DNA of 63,087 bases, filler included, from Sarea resinae (taxonomy: Eukaryota), in NCBI GenBank assembly GCA_026026165.1. It is 3 parts of 3 records of this genome, joined end to end, with 100 filler letters (N's around TTAATTAATTAA, not from the genome) between each part and the next. Parts side by side here need not be neighbours in the genome. Positions count along the whole stretch, not along the records: positions 1 to 22,334 come from JAPEUD010000131.1; 2 more parts are not named here. One strand, written 5' to 3'. Shown piece after piece: positions 1-14,000 of this stretch. A program made the position numbers and the translations under genes. The first letter of the stretch is position 1, and each line of letters starts with the position of its first letter. Under the pieces are notes generated by a model. It saw nothing but the letters and a program-made list of their open reading frames with translations, was not told the origin of the DNA and searched no databases.

Positions 1-72
<72 letters not shown>
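1..72. repeat. (GA)n microsatellite
   Basis: Perfect GA dinucleotide run at the window start. Confidence 0.98.
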
Positions 73-75
<3 letters not shown>

Positions 76-792
76 AACCGAAAGAAAAAAAAAGGCAGGT
101 TGCGTATCCAATCCCGTTTTGCTTTTGCGTCTCGATTATGATTTTTGCTCTTGTCTTTGAGCAATGAGAAAGGTTTGCTGCTGATGTGTATATTTGTGTT
201 TCTGCCTCCTCTACAGACAATGGCAACTAAAAGAGGCTTGCGGCGTGTTTGAGATGTGGTATAGAAGCTGCTGGCGGCTGTAGCAGAGTAAAGGAGGACG
301 AGGGGCCGGTTGCAGCAGCAGAAGCAGGACCAGGAACTGGACCAGGAGCTAGAAATGGAGGTCGTGTCTAAAGGAATGAAAGGAAACCGAAAAAGGCATG
401 GCGAGGAAGCGCTGGGCTGATGGTGCGTATGCGTGTGCGTGTGCGTGTACGTGTACTGGCGGTTGAGCTGTGTATGTGGGAAGGCGGAATTGGACAAGAG
501 ATGATGGAGCGAAAAGCTTGGAGGTAGGTATGTAGAAGGTGGTCGTACAGAGGCGAAGTAGTGCGGTAGAAATAGGACAAGGAAAAGCAGTCCCGGGATG
601 GGATGGCATAGGATGGAAACATGAACAGGGAAATCGGAAAGACGTCGTGATTGATGGCATGGATGCAAAAGATAAACCCTCCCGCCGCGAATATCGACAC
701 AAAAAGCCAAAAAAGAACCGAGACGAGGACGAGGACCAACGGGGCTGTAGGCAGGAAAGACGAAAGCCGGATGACTCAAGGCCACGCTCAAA

Positions 793-1665
793 CTAGACGA
801 GCCCGTCATACAGCGATAGGGCCGACACAATCGTTTGGTCCTTCTGAGAGCCTTCGCGGAACTCGTCGAGGCTGAGACTGCCGTTCTCGTCTTTGTCCAT
901 CATCGCGAAGATTTTCTGCACGCGCTTCTCGGGCGTGTCTTCGTCTTCGGGAAGCTTGACCATGGAGCCAACCTGAATATAATACTGATAGTAAGTATCG
1001 TGCTTGGCCGAGCGGAGACGGCAAAATCGAAGGGATATAGTACCATCTTGTAGATTGCCTCGACAATTCTCAGCATTTCTTCGTAGCTGATCTGACCATC
1101 GCGATCAATGTCATATAGCTGAAATGCCCACTGCAGCTTCTCGTCCATGGATCCTCTCGACGTGACGGACAGGGCGCAGATGAATTCCCGGAAATCAATC
1201 GTGCCACTGTTATCGGTGTCGAAGACACTGAAGACGTAATCGGCGAACGAGGTGGGGTCGCCAAACGGGAAGAATTGCTTGTAGATCTTTTGGAATTCGG
1301 GCTTTGTCAGATTACCGCTGGGGCAATCTTTGAGGAAACCTAGAGGAAGACGGAGCCCGTCAGTCGTGAGGTTCGAGAGCTGAGAACATGGATGCGATGA
1401 GGGGACGCACCGGTGTACCATTGGTGTAGCTCCTTCTTGTCAAAGTGGGTTGCTTTGAGGAGGTATTCAAGCTCGTTTTGCGGAAGCTTGGATTGGCTAG
1501 TTGAGGCCAAGGAGACGTGTTAGCTATTTGGTCGTGCCGTCGGAGGGGGAGCGCGCTATCGAGGCATTGCCGATTGCCCCTCTTCACCTCCCATGGCACC
1601 ATCGAAGGAGGCTGAATCTGCACAATGCGATGCAGGAGGGCTGATGGTACTTACGACTTTCCCAT
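793..1665 (-). CDS. NCS1: Neuronal calcium sensor / frequenin (NCS-1/Frq1) EF-hand protein, 4 exons
   Basis: Spliced product [41 protein letters not shown]...[13 protein letters not shown]...[12 protein letters not shown]...[13 protein letters not shown]...[11 protein letters not shown]-myristoylation start MGKS; GT-AG introns; ATG at 1665, TAG at 793-795. Confidence 0.95.
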
Positions 1666-3290
1666 CGTGAGGACCGGCACCAACGAATCGAGGACAGGGT
1701 GAGGTAGGATTCGTGTGCGCAGCAGCAGCAGGTGCAGATGCAGGTAGTCACGGAGAACAAACGGCCGAAGTGGGAGAGATGTCTGTCGATAGAGGCCGAT
1801 GAGCCCTGCCCTTTGAATCGGTCGAGTGGCTCTGCAGTGGTCGTCTGTCGTCTGTCGTCTGTCGTCTGTCGTCGTCGAGATCGGGATGCTTTGGATGTCC
1901 AAATGGATCTGGGCCTTTTGTCTGGATGCTTGTTGGTCTGGAGTGTTTCGAGGTTGCAAGTGGGATGTATGTATGTATGTATGGAGTAGCAGTCGAGTGC
2001 AGGCGGGTGGAGCACCGCAGATGCAGTACGGAGTACGCAGATGCAGTACGCAGTAAGTCGACGACATCCAAGGCCCTCCAGGAGCAGAGCAGAGCAGCGT
2101 ACCGTGCAGAGTCGTGCGCAGTAGCAGTGACTTGCACTCAGCAGGCTGCCGCCACAAACGGTCTAGCGCGGGGGTCTCGGGTCGACAAAGTCCCTCTCTA
2201 GACTCATGCAGCGGCTTCCAATGTCAACCGGGCGGGTCGGCACCACGACGAGACATGATCGGCTGGGCTGCTGCACGTAATCCGAGTGGGTCAAGGCGGC
2301 TCTCCAGAGTAGCCGTGAGTAGTGCACGCGCAGGAGTACGATGGAGTACTTGCGACGCGCATCCTCGATACATGAGGTAGGTAAGGTATGGACTTCTAGC
2401 ACGTATCAAGGATATCGACCATGACCAACACGAGGAATGGGATTCGGTCAATTGAGTTGCACTCAAGGGAACCCGAAAGCCCATGGAGCTCCCTGCCGTC
2501 CCTGCTGAATGGATAGCATCACTTGCAAAAGCCTGTCCTCGCTCTCCTCGCTCTCCTCGTAGATCCAGAGTGCGTCGGAGATCTCTCGCTAAATCGCCGA
2601 CCTTACCTTTGCCTGCCGCACCTTGCGGTAAGCTCCCTACGGTAAGCTGCCTTGGGTAAAGGTCCAGGTAAAGGAGTACGCAGATGCCAAACTCCACAGT
2701 CCAGCCCCGACGTTTCTATTTTGGTGGCACCCTAGAGTAAAGTAGTGTAGTAGTGGGCACGATCCATGGACGGCCGAGGGCCTTCCTCCTCCTCCGGAGT
2801 GCTCCATCTGACAACGCTCGAAGCTAATCCATCCTCCACGTGTGCAACACCTGTTCCCGTAGCTTCCCTCCTCCACCGTCTGAGCACCGACGGCTCCGCG
2901 TGGGTCGATCTCCAAGAGAACCAGACCAAGGAAGAATGCACAGCCTCCGAGGTTGCGTCCTCGCGTTCGAGTTGACGGAGAGAACCCAAGTCGAATGGTC
3001 GTGGACGTTGTTGACACACCGCGACCGAGATGGATGGATTTGTCGATGGTGATTGAATCTACTCCGTAAGCGATCTTGCTTGAGCGTCACGTGCTCGCGC
3101 GATCTACCGCGCTCAAACCGGCCAAACCACGAACTACTCACGACGATGCAGTACATGTCATGCCGATTTGTCTTTCTTCCCCTTCCTCACCAGACGCCAT
3201 CACGAAATACGCCGTACAGCAGTAAAGGATTCCTGGCCATTGGTGGTCGGCCACCTCAACTACATCCAATATAGACAGGTCGTAGACACC

Positions 3291-4334
3291 ATGGACGCCA
3301 TCCTGCAATCGCAATTCCAGCGTGTCGAATCGGCCCTCAACACCCTCGTCGACTCCATAGCCTCCTACAACCCCTCCACCACCGCAGCCCAAGACCTCCT
3401 CAACGCAGACGACGAACTCACCGCCGGCCTCAATCAATGTGCGTACCCATCTTCCCAGCTTGTGCCCTCCTTTTCCCTTTTCCCTATGATAAAAACCTAA
3501 ATGACCGCCCCTCCAGTATCAAAACACCAGGCAAATCACAGACGCATCCTGTCCCTCCGTAGCACCAGCGAAGCCCTAGACGGCGAAATCACATCCACGC
3601 TGCGCCTCCTCGCCACCACGCGCGCCGAACTGCTCGCTCTGCCCGCCGGCCCAGCCCCGGCAGACGACGCCCGCCCCGTGCCCTACGCCGAACTCCTCGC
3701 CTACGCCAAACGTATCAGCAAGTTCTCCGTCCCACCACCAGGCTATGCCGTGCCTCAACTACAACCACAACCACCTGCAGAGGCAGAAGCGCAGGCACAT
3801 GCCCAGCAGACAGGGCAGAAACAAATCGACTCCGCCGGTCCACCGAACTCGAACCCCACGAACGGCACCCCTGCCCCCGCCCCCGCAACAGCCAGCCCCA
3901 ACCCGGGAGGCGACGCGACCCAACACATCGCTACCAGCGCAAACACAGGCATAGCACTGACCTCGCTCGACGCCCCCGAACAAGCCTGGCTGAACCCAAG
4001 CGCACACATCCCCTTTGTGCCCTGGCCGAGCGAAGAAACCATTCGTCGCGGCGCGCTCGCCCACATCCAGACGCTCCTCGAGCAGGGCCAGGATCCGGAT
4101 GCAGTCGCCGCCAGCGTCGAGTCCGCGGCCAGCGGGCCGGAAGGCACTGCTGCTGCTGCTTTGGGGGCGGGAGACGTAAGGATGGGAAATGCGGAGCCGG
4201 AGACGGAGACAGAGACGAAGACGGTCGGGCAGACGCAGCAGTCCCAGCAGCAACAACGTCCGGCGGAGAGGGAGAGGGACGAGAGACCCCAGGTGTTTGC
4301 GGGCTTGGATCTCTATGACCCGGAGGACGAGTGA
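3291..4334 (+). CDS. MED4: Mediator of RNA polymerase II transcription subunit 4 (VDRIP/Med4), 2 exons
   Basis: MDAILQSQFQRVESALNTLVDSIASYNPS...LLNADDEL, intron ~3439-3517, then HQANHRRILSL...VPYAELLAYAKRISKFSVPP...PWPSEETIRRGALA and C-terminal FAGLDLYDPEDE, typical of fungal Med4. Confidence 0.88.
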
Positions 4335-4515
4335 GCGGTTCCGACGCATCGCCGGTCCAATCCATCCATCCATCCCTCTATCCGTAAGCAGCCTAGGAAA
4401 TGAGTATGCAAGAGAGCCAAGCAGGCAAACTCGATGCAAGGTGGTGATGTCGGTAGATGATGAACAGTTACAATATATGATATCCCCATGTATTTCTCTA
4501 TCTATCTACTTCATC

Positions 4516-4560
4516 TACCTACCTACCTCTACCTACCTACCTACCTACCTACCTACCTAC
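4516..4560. repeat. (TACC)n microsatellite
   Basis: Tandem ACCT/TACC units. Confidence 0.9.
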
Positions 4561-4689
4561 AAATCTATCCTATCCATCCCGTCCTTCCATGATTTAATCT
4601 CAGAGTTTGTATATCTGTGATATTCTCCCCCCGGTTCTTTTGAAATCAAAGACCTCGGATGAATTGCCGAGTCATCTTGACACCGCCCT

Positions 4690-4727
<38 letters not shown>

Positions 4728-5676
4728 TCTCTCATACACACACAAAAGCAGCACAAAAAACGCATCCTCGCCCTCTCATGACCAAGGCGGAACAGACAGA
4801 ACCAAGAACCAAGAAGGGCTCGGTGTCCACCTCCCAAGGGCTTCGGCGTCTATCACGGTCGCTTCTGTATGATCCATCTATCTATCGCTCCCTCCCTCCC
4901 CGTGCTTGGCACCTCTATGCTTCATGCTGTGCTTCACGCTGTATTATACTCGAACAAACTCGCCTACAAAGGACGGGAAAATTGGGGGTGGGATTTGTGT
5001 GTACGTCTAATAGAGAGGGAGGGAGGGAGGGAGACGGAGGGGGGGAGAGAAGGCAAGTAGAAGGGCTGGGCTGGGCTGGGGAAGCGAAAGAGAAAGAGAA
5101 AGAGAAAGAGAAAGAGTCTACTCCGAGTACAAGAGATGACAAGAAATTAGAAGAGATTACATTGTAAGCGAAACTAAAGCCATACATCCGTCCGTCCGTT
5201 CATCTGTACGGGACTGAGATGAAACCCAGCGAGATCGACACACATGACAATTACGAATTCATATTTGAAACTCCAAGCATGATAGAATTCAATCTGGTGT
5301 GTATATATGTGTGTGTGTGTGGAGAAAAAAGTACAGAGGAAAACATACGCCGCCGTGACCGCGCCTTCTCTGCATGCATGCATGCATGTTCTGGTGTGTA
5401 TAAGACGCCGTGGAAAAGGAAAGAAAAGAAAAAAAATGGTGAACGAAAGTTATTGTAGATTACAAAAATAGCTAAGTGACAAAGAAAACAAGCCAGCCTT
5501 TTAGAAAAAAGGCACGCGAAGTGAAGGAATGAGCCGTCACGATGGTAGATCGTGACTGCATCGAAACCGAAGATGAAAAACAGACCGAACGAAAGCCAAG
5601 GGAAAGGCCCATCCAGTTCGCCGCCGCCGCCATGCAGAAGCAAGAGAAAAGTACCATCAGCCAGGATCCAACCCAT

Positions 5677-8600
5677 TCACCGCCCCTCGGAAGTAGAGAC
5701 GCTCCTTTTGCCCCAACCAGCCCAGAATCCACCCCCCGAAGATGTCGCGGCGGGCGTTGGCGGCTTCTGTAACCCGGCACTCTTGGGTGCTTGGGAAAAT
5801 AGTGACGAGGCCGAGGAAGTCGACTGCGCCGAATTGCTGCGATCGATGCAAGAGTCGCTAGGACTAGGTCTGTGGCCTCCCGAGCCAGCGGAGGAGTTGG
5901 CAGCAACATTGACCATTCGTCTCAGCGCGTCGAGCTTTCCTTTGACTTCCTCGAGTTCCTGCCTTGCGACGGCTTCGGCTGTTTTGGCGTTGACGAGCTC
6001 GACAAGCAGAGCATCTTCGGGGGCGGGTTGATGGTTTTCGGTCGCGAGGATAGACTGCGTGCTGAGGCTGCTGGTACGCTTAGAGAAGTTCTGGGAGGTG
6101 GGCGAACGCTTGGAGGAATCCGAGCGTCCGAGTTTGAGTTCTCGCAGGCCACCATAGACGGAAGACCGGGCTTCGGCTGCGTCGCTGACGGTGGTGCTTG
6201 TGGGGATATCACGGGAGGAGTCGATGGACGCCAGCGAAGGTTTGCGAGCTTTGAGTTCTTGGATCCCGTGTTGTAGTCTCTGTACCTCTCTGTGGCTTTC
6301 TTTCAGCCTTGAGCGGGCATCCTTGAGCTGGTCCCGGATTTGGTTGGTTTCTTGGTCTTGCTGTTCGATTTGACGGGTCAGCTCTTGAGATCGAGCTGCT
6401 TCCTGCTCCAGTCGTTCCCGAGATCTGGTTAGCTCATCCCGAAGTTGATGTTTCGACTGCATTACGGACGATCTCCGCTGATCTGCTGGCGTGGTAAATC
6501 GCTCTTCCGCGCGGTCAAGCATATCTGAGAATCCTTGGGCATTCTCGTGGCCAGCCACTCCATCGTCTGAATTGGACGTAGGCCGTTGCGACTCGTCCTG
6601 CTCTTCCACTGCTTCCAAAGATGCTGTGTGTCGCAATCGCTCCATTAGAACTCGTGCCAATTTCCGATCTTCTTCTCGTTCCTCGCGTTCCTTCTGCAGC
6701 TCATTTGCCAGATTCGACTGGTCTCTCTGCATCTCGCTCAAAGCCATCAGGAGATCCTCAATCTGGCCATGGAGATCCTTGTCTTTATTTGGCGCTATAT
6801 GGCGGGGAGTGACGGGCGGCATGTCGGATTCGGAATTCGATTTCAACGATGAACAGTCCGCGGAAGACTGCCTTGACATCCCAGTCACATCTGTGGGAAC
6901 AGTACTGCTGCTGGCCTCCGACGCGCCTTCGTATGAATTCAGAGTCGATGCGAGGCTTTGTTTTGATGGTGATCTTCGCAATAAGTAGCTCGAAGGCCTC
7001 GACGGCGCTGTAAGGCCCGGACTGAGAGTCACAGATTTGGTAGATGAATTCGATCCTGCCCAGATGCGACCCAGAAATCTTGAGGCGGCTGCTTGGAGGT
7101 CTGGGAGTGATCCTATCTTCGCACCCGATCCCTCTCTCTGGGCGTCTTTGAAACTCGCCTCAAGCGACTGTAGTCCTTCTCGGCTCACCAAGCCTGTTAG
7201 GCCAACAAAGTCGGTTACGAGATTATCGGGATTGCAGCCATACGTATCCCATAAGCTCCGCGAAAGCAAGAACTGCATGACATCCTCGAATTCCGCGCAT
7301 GCCAGTATCTTTTTCTCGTTCCGCCGCATCAGCGACAAAGCCACCCGCATTATTGTTTCCGAAGCTCCCTCAGCCAGGATGACGTCATATATTCTCAGAA
7401 GCATCGGTAGCGGGCAGGTGACGGCGAAAAATGATAGAAACCATTGCGACACATAAGCCGGTTCGACTTGGTGGTTCTCCAGATGAGCAGAGAGTTTTGG
7501 AAGATGTTGAGCAAGGAGGTGCTGGAATTGATAGATTCGAAGATGGAGGCCGGACAAATCGGGCAAAAAGCACGACCGCAAGTCATAGTGCTCCATCAGC
7601 CTACAAATTGGTCAGTCAGCACGAATGCGATATAATTACGGCGCAACGGGATGGCGGCTAGCGTACCGAACGAGCACGCAAAAAGCTTCTTTGTCGCCCA
7701 TCTGCATGAGAAGGGGCCCGACTAGGAAGCCCAGGCCTTGGCAGTATCCGATTTTATGATCATACAAGCTGAAGCATTTCAGCACTCGACCCAACATCTG
7801 CTGTCCTTCCCCTTCGGGATCGCGGAACATCTCGACTCCAGGAAAACTTCGTCCGATATCTTTGCCGATCATATTCTCGTAAGGGCTCGATTCTCCGAGG
7901 AGTCTGTCGTATTGTTCCTCCAACAGACGGTCTCTCGCACCAGCCAAGCTCATCCATACGACCCCACGTAATGGAGGGGGAATGCCTGCTCTGACTTTGT
8001 TAGAGGTAAGAGTCGGAAGACGTTGTGCAGTCTGGGGGTAGTCCTTGACAAGGGCGGCCCAAAACTCGAGCTCGGTCATTGGAGGGGGGTCTGGGAGAAT
8101 GGAAAACCGTAAAGAAGGAGCGGTCGGCTCTTTAACAAGTCGTTTCAGATGGTGGATTGATGGAGGTCGTGACTCGCTCCTTGAGCGAGTAGCTTTAATG
8201 CCGGACTTCGGGTCCGTTGCTAAAGCATTATTCTCCTGCTCCAACCTCGCGAGAAGGAATGCAGTTGACTAGGGCCGTTAGCAAGGTTTAATGGCAAAAC
8301 AACGAGAGTAAGGACGAACCTCATCGGATCCCGAGTCTCGTGGTGCTTGCTCTTCGCTCTTGTCTAGTTCTTCCCAATCTACCTTTGTGCTACCTTCTGT
8401 GGACTGTGTCGAGGAGCTATCGCTCCTCGAGCGAACATCTCCCGAGTATGATTCCAAGGGTACATCATCCAACGCGATGATCTCCGAGTCATCTTCGTCA
8501 AAAGACGCCTCAGGTGTCCTCGTTTTCGTACCCTTCAGCTCATCGTGCACAACTGCGGGGGTGGTTGTCTCCAAGCTCTGTCTATCCATCTCCCCATCTG

Positions 8601-8820
8601 AGGTTTCCTCGTTCTGTGCTTCGTCTCCAGTCAACGCTGTCGCTGGAGCTGTTTTCTCTGGTGTCTGCACGATCTCTCTCAGAGGGTCAGGATCAGACAG
8701 GCGGACCGTGACTAGAGAGTCTGTTGGCAATGCTGCGCCATCTGTGTGCATTCGAGGCGATCGTGCTTCCTTTCTAATGTCTTCACCCACGGACGGGGTA
8801 GGCGATTCGTGGTCGGCCAT
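5677..8820 (-). CDS. GYP5: TBC-domain Rab GTPase-activating protein (Gyp5/Gyp51-like) with C-terminal coiled coil, 3 exons
   Basis: TBC motifs GIPPPLRGVVW, IGKDIGRSFP (R finger), YCQGLGFLVG (Q finger), EAFCVL, YVSQWFLSFF. ORFs 8278-8880, 7636-8244 and 5677-7596 are joined by introns; likely start MADHESP at 8820. Confidence 0.88.
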
Positions 8821-11052
8821 GCCAGTGATGACAGCGAATGGCCTTGTCTCGCTACGGGAGATCGAGTATCGCCACGGCAAAGGTTGGAATGAGCTATAAG
8901 GAATGCTGGTCGGTCACATGCCCTGGTTTTCCGTATGACTTCTCGGAGATGGTATTTCGTCGTTCAGGTTCCGAAAGAGTGTCGCTCAGTTGAGATTTGG
9001 AATGGCAAAATGCACATTGATAGTGAATGTTCTTCTTCGAATGAGTGTGTTGTAGTCTCCAGGACAAGAAGTCACAATCCAAGACAGCCGAATGAGTGAG
9101 GCTATTCAGATCGTTCAATCTTTTGCCGTGGGAGACCCGGGGAAGGAATGGCAGTGTCGATAGGCCAACAAAGTGTAAAATAGAGAATGAAAGTGAAACG
9201 GCGTGCAGGTGGAGAAGAGAGGAGAGAGGAGAGGGAGCGATCGAGCGCTACTATGTAGGTACTCTCTCTGTATGGCTGGCTCTGTGGCTCCAGGGTCACT
9301 CACCACCTCCGCCTCTACTCCTCGACTTGTGCCCCCTCATGTGTCTGTGTCCCTGATCGTGTCGGCACTAAGGTGTTAGATCAGGGGCAGAACAGGTACT
9401 AGTACTTTGGCGTGGTGCCTCGATTGGCGCAGCGGTGGCCGTACCTTGCAGTACCGAATTGGGTAGCATGCATGGATGCATAGACACCTCCAGGGCTCCT
9501 GCAGCAGAAGGCCGTCAATCATGCATCAAGCTACCGAGTACGCCGTACTCCTACATAGTACATACCTAACATCCACCATCAATACGAGTACGTAGTAGTA
9601 CTCCGGAGTGGCCAAGAGGTCGAGACCAACCCTTGTCTACCTAGGTAGGTAGGTATGTATGGAGTAGTCGACACTAAGTAGTCGAAACTACTCCGAAGTA
9701 GAACCCTCGAACCTCCAACGCCAGCACTTCGTCTACTCATAGTACGGCTTCGACGCAGGGGATTGACGGGCCATGCAACAGTACTTCGAAGTACGGAGTA
9801 CAGACCTTCAGACCCTGAGACTCTCAGACCATCAATTGCATCTGAGCTCTCGGACACTGGTCTCAGGCAGGCTCTTTCGCTACTTCCATTGCTTCATGAT
9901 TCACTGCGTGACGTGGGCGATGGGATACCTACGTACCTAGGTAGGTAGGTGACAGTACTCGCCCGTAGGACGCGTCTCAGAAGTCGACGAGTGATCGGTA
10001 CTGCAAACCGCTACACAGAAGGGCTGATATACGAGTGGCAGGAGGTGGGCGGACGAGGGAGGACGATCTCCCTCGAGTTCCTACTCTGGAGTGCAGATCG
10101 GTTGACTGATTGATGTGATTGATGTGATTGATGTGATTGATCTTGGGGCAATCTAGGTAGGTATCCACAAAGTCGAGTAGGAAGATGGTGGAGATATCGA
10201 GTCTCGCTGTCCGTGCATGATGGCCAATACATACTACGTAGTAGCCATGAACGTTTCGGAGGCAATAATCATAATTCATTGATACCTTCCCCGAGGTGAG
10301 GTACTTTGATTGAAGATGACCATAGATGAATGCCCCTCTCTCATAGAGGTGATGTGTTACCTTGGGTACCTATGTAAGGTGATATAAGGCACAGCTATAG
10401 GGACACTGTTTGCTAGCTCTCACCGCCGAAGGTGAGGTGAAGAGGTGAAGAGGTGAAGAGGTGACGAGATTTAGAGTGTTAGATTCGAAGGCGAATGAGA
10501 TGAGAGGCGTGCCGTCCAGACTCTCAGTTCAAAGTCTCCAGAACCTAAAGTACTCCGGAGTAAATCGACCACTTCGTGAGTACTTCTCTGCCCCAGAGTA
10601 CTGTGACTATACCAGCTGCATAGCGGGGTGCATTGCTCTCGTCAAGTACTGCTCAGGTACTCACCATACCTCACCTACCTACTTACTAGGTGCCTTACTC
10701 TAACATCTGCGAGTAAGACGGCCAGAGCAACCACGCTAAACACTCGCGTATGAGTCGTTGGATTGAAAACAACAACAAACCTTCGAGGCGGATGGTGTTA
10801 AGGTCAACGCTCCTACGAACCGAAGGTCGCTATCTATCGCGCGTCCAGAGCCAACGTCTTTCGCCATTCGCCACGCCTCTTGACGACGACAACGACCTAC
10901 CAAAACCACCCTCAACGCCAGAAGCCAGCGAGTTGTTTCTCTTGCACGACAACTACCACACCACTGATGATCACTACGGATCCACCAGCGTAGAAGCGCA
11001 CATCTGCTCCAGCCTCGGATACTGTTCGAGACGGCATCCCGCATCCCGCATC

Positions 11053-14000
11053 ATGGAGGACTCTTCGATCTTCGATGACTTTGGCGCGAGCTCTGATTTC
11101 GAGCCTGTAGCTGTTTCTGTGAGCAATCTATCCAAACCCTCGCACGTCCACATGAATCGCCTTGGCTTTTTCTCCTGCCTACTATGCTTACGCTTTCATC
11201 AAAGAAACCAAAGGCGAAACCTGCAACAAAGCCTGCTGCCAAAAAGGCTGCCACGACGACCAAGGTTGCGACATCTTCGAAAGCCGCGCCGAAGAAACTG
11301 GCACAGACGACACTCAAAATGAAAGCTCCTGTGGGTAAGAAACGGTCCCAGCCAGACACCGAAGATGAGATTGGAGAGGAAGAGCCTGATTCTGTCAACG
11401 ATGACTCTCTGCTCTCAAACACTCCGCCTAGCGCGAAGAAGCAGAAGAAGGCACCGGCGCCAAAGAAATCTAGCGGCAAGCCTCTCCATGACATCAACAA
11501 CGAGGGTATGGACCTCGACGGACCTAGTGACGCGAAGTCAAAAAAGGCAACCAACTCGTCAAGTCAATATCAGAGAGTATGAAATATGTCTGGCGATTTT
11601 AACTTCTCGATCACTGACGATTTTTTTAGCTCACCCAACTGGAGCATGTTCTGAAGCGCCCTGATACCTACATTGGATCTGTCGAGCGAACCGAGAAGCA
11701 GATGTGGGTCTATAATTCGCAGCAAGAGTGCATGGAGATGAGGGAAGTCAGCTTTGTTCCCGGTCTCTACAAGATATTCGATGAGATCATGGTCAATGCT
11801 GCAGATAACAAGCAAAACGACAAAAACATGGACGCTCTCAAAGTCACCATCAATCGTGAGAAGGGTGAGATCAGTGTCTTCAATAACGGCAGAGGTATTC
11901 CAATTGAAATACACGAAGTACGATACACCCACTCTTTACATGATCTTTTTGCAGGCACTGACAGGGAAAATAGAAAGAGAAAATCTACATTCCAGAATTG
12001 ATTTTCGGCCATCTTCTTACATCCTCAAACTACAATGATGAGCAACACAAAGTCACCGGTGGACGGAATGGTTTCGGCGCAAAGCTTTGCAATATCTTCA
12101 GCGCAGAGTTTACTCTCGAAACAGCCGATTCTCGCTCAGGGAAGAAGTACAAGCAGATTTGGACGAAGAACATGAGCAATATGGGCAAAGCCAAGATCAC
12201 GTCCTGCAAGAGCGATGATTTCACTAAAGTTACCTTCACTCCCGACTTTTCCAAATTTGGGATGGATGGGATAGACGACGATTTCGAGGCTCTCGTAAAG
12301 AGGAGGGTATACGATCTTGCGGGGACAGTTAAAGGAGTCAAAGTCTCCCTCAATGGCGAGAGGATCAAGCTTCGAAATTTCGAACAGTACATGAAGATGT
12401 ACACGAAGGCTATTGTCACGGAAAACGGCGAAGAAGGCTCCAGCGACAACAACAAGATCATCACAGAATCTCCAGACCCTCGGTGGGAGATCGGCTTTGC
12501 CGTTTCCGATGGGTCGTTCCAGCAAGTTTCCTTCGTCAACTCCATCGCAACAACTTCCGGCGGGACACACGTAAACTACATTAGCGACCAGATTGTCAAC
12601 AAACTCATGGACATCATGAAGAAGAAGAACAAGAATGGAGCAGCCTTGAAACCCAATCAGATCCGCAATCATATCTTTCTCTTCGTCAACTGCTTGATTG
12701 TCAATCCGGCTTTCACGGGGCAGACGAAGGAGCAGTTGACTACCAAAGCCAGTCAGTTCGGAAGCAAGTGCACAGTCAGCGACGAATTTCTCAAAAAAGT
12801 TGCGAAGACTGAGGTCGTCAACAACATTCTGCATTTCGCAGAGAAAAAGGCAGACCAGCTATTAAAGAAGAGCGATGGTAGTCGCCGGAGCCGAATGAGT
12901 AACCCGAAATTGATTGACGCGAACAAGGCTGGCACCAGAGAGGGTTACAAATGCACCCTGATCCTAACGGAAGGAGACTCTGCAAAGGGTCTCGCAGTAG
13001 CCGGACGATCAGTCGTTGGCGCCGACGAATTCGGTGTCTTTCCTCTGCGGGGAAAGTTGCTCAACGTTCGTGATGCGTCCATTGATCAGATTTCCAAGAA
13101 TACCGAAATTCAGAACATAAAGACCTTCCTTGGTCTACAGCACAAGAAGGAGTATACGGATGCTAAAAGCCTTCGCTATGGGCACCTCATGATTATGACT
13201 GATCAGGATCATGATGGAAGCCACATCAAAGGGCTACTGATCAACTTCTTGCAGGTCGCTTATCCCAGCCTGCTGCGGATCCCCGGATTTCTCATCGAGT
13301 TTATCACACCCATTGTGAAAGTGTGGAAAGGTGATCCGAAACGGCCGTCGAAATCCAAAACCTTTTTCACGATGCCTGAGTATGAAGTCTGGAAGGAAGA
13401 GCACAAGGGCGAGAACGGTTGGGAGCACAAGTACTACAAGGGTCTGGGAACTAGCACGAACGAGGACGCGCAAATCTACTTCCAAGATCTAGATAGGCAC
13501 TTGAAGCATTTCCATACAATGCAGGACAAAGAAGCAGAACTGATCGACCTTGCATTTTCCAAGAAAAAGGCCGACGAGCGAAAGGAATGGTTGCGCCAAT
13601 TCAAGCCGGGGACGTATCTTGATCACTCGATTGATAAGATCTCGTATACGGACTTCGTCAATAAGGAGTTGATCCTTTTCAGTATGGCCGACAATATGCG
13701 CTCGATTCCGTCCGTCATTGATGGCCTCAAGCCTGGCCAACGCAAAGTACTCTGGTCGTGTTTCAAGCGCAATTTAAAGAAAGATCTGAAGGTCGTGGAG
13801 CTTGCAGGTCTAGTCTCTGGTCTGGCTGCTTACCAACACGGGGAAGCTTCACTTCAACAGACAATCGTGGGTCTCGCCCAAACCTTTGCTGGATCGAACA
13901 ATGTCAATTGTCTTGAACCCAGCGGCAATTTTGGTTCTCGTCTCCAGGGCGGCGGCGATTGTGCAAGTGCTCGTTATATCTACACTCGGCTCTCACCCTT

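Noticed and set aside
10750..11322. 190-aa ORF upstream of TOP2
   Set aside because: Runs through the TOP2 5' UTR, first exon and intron; no independent domain.
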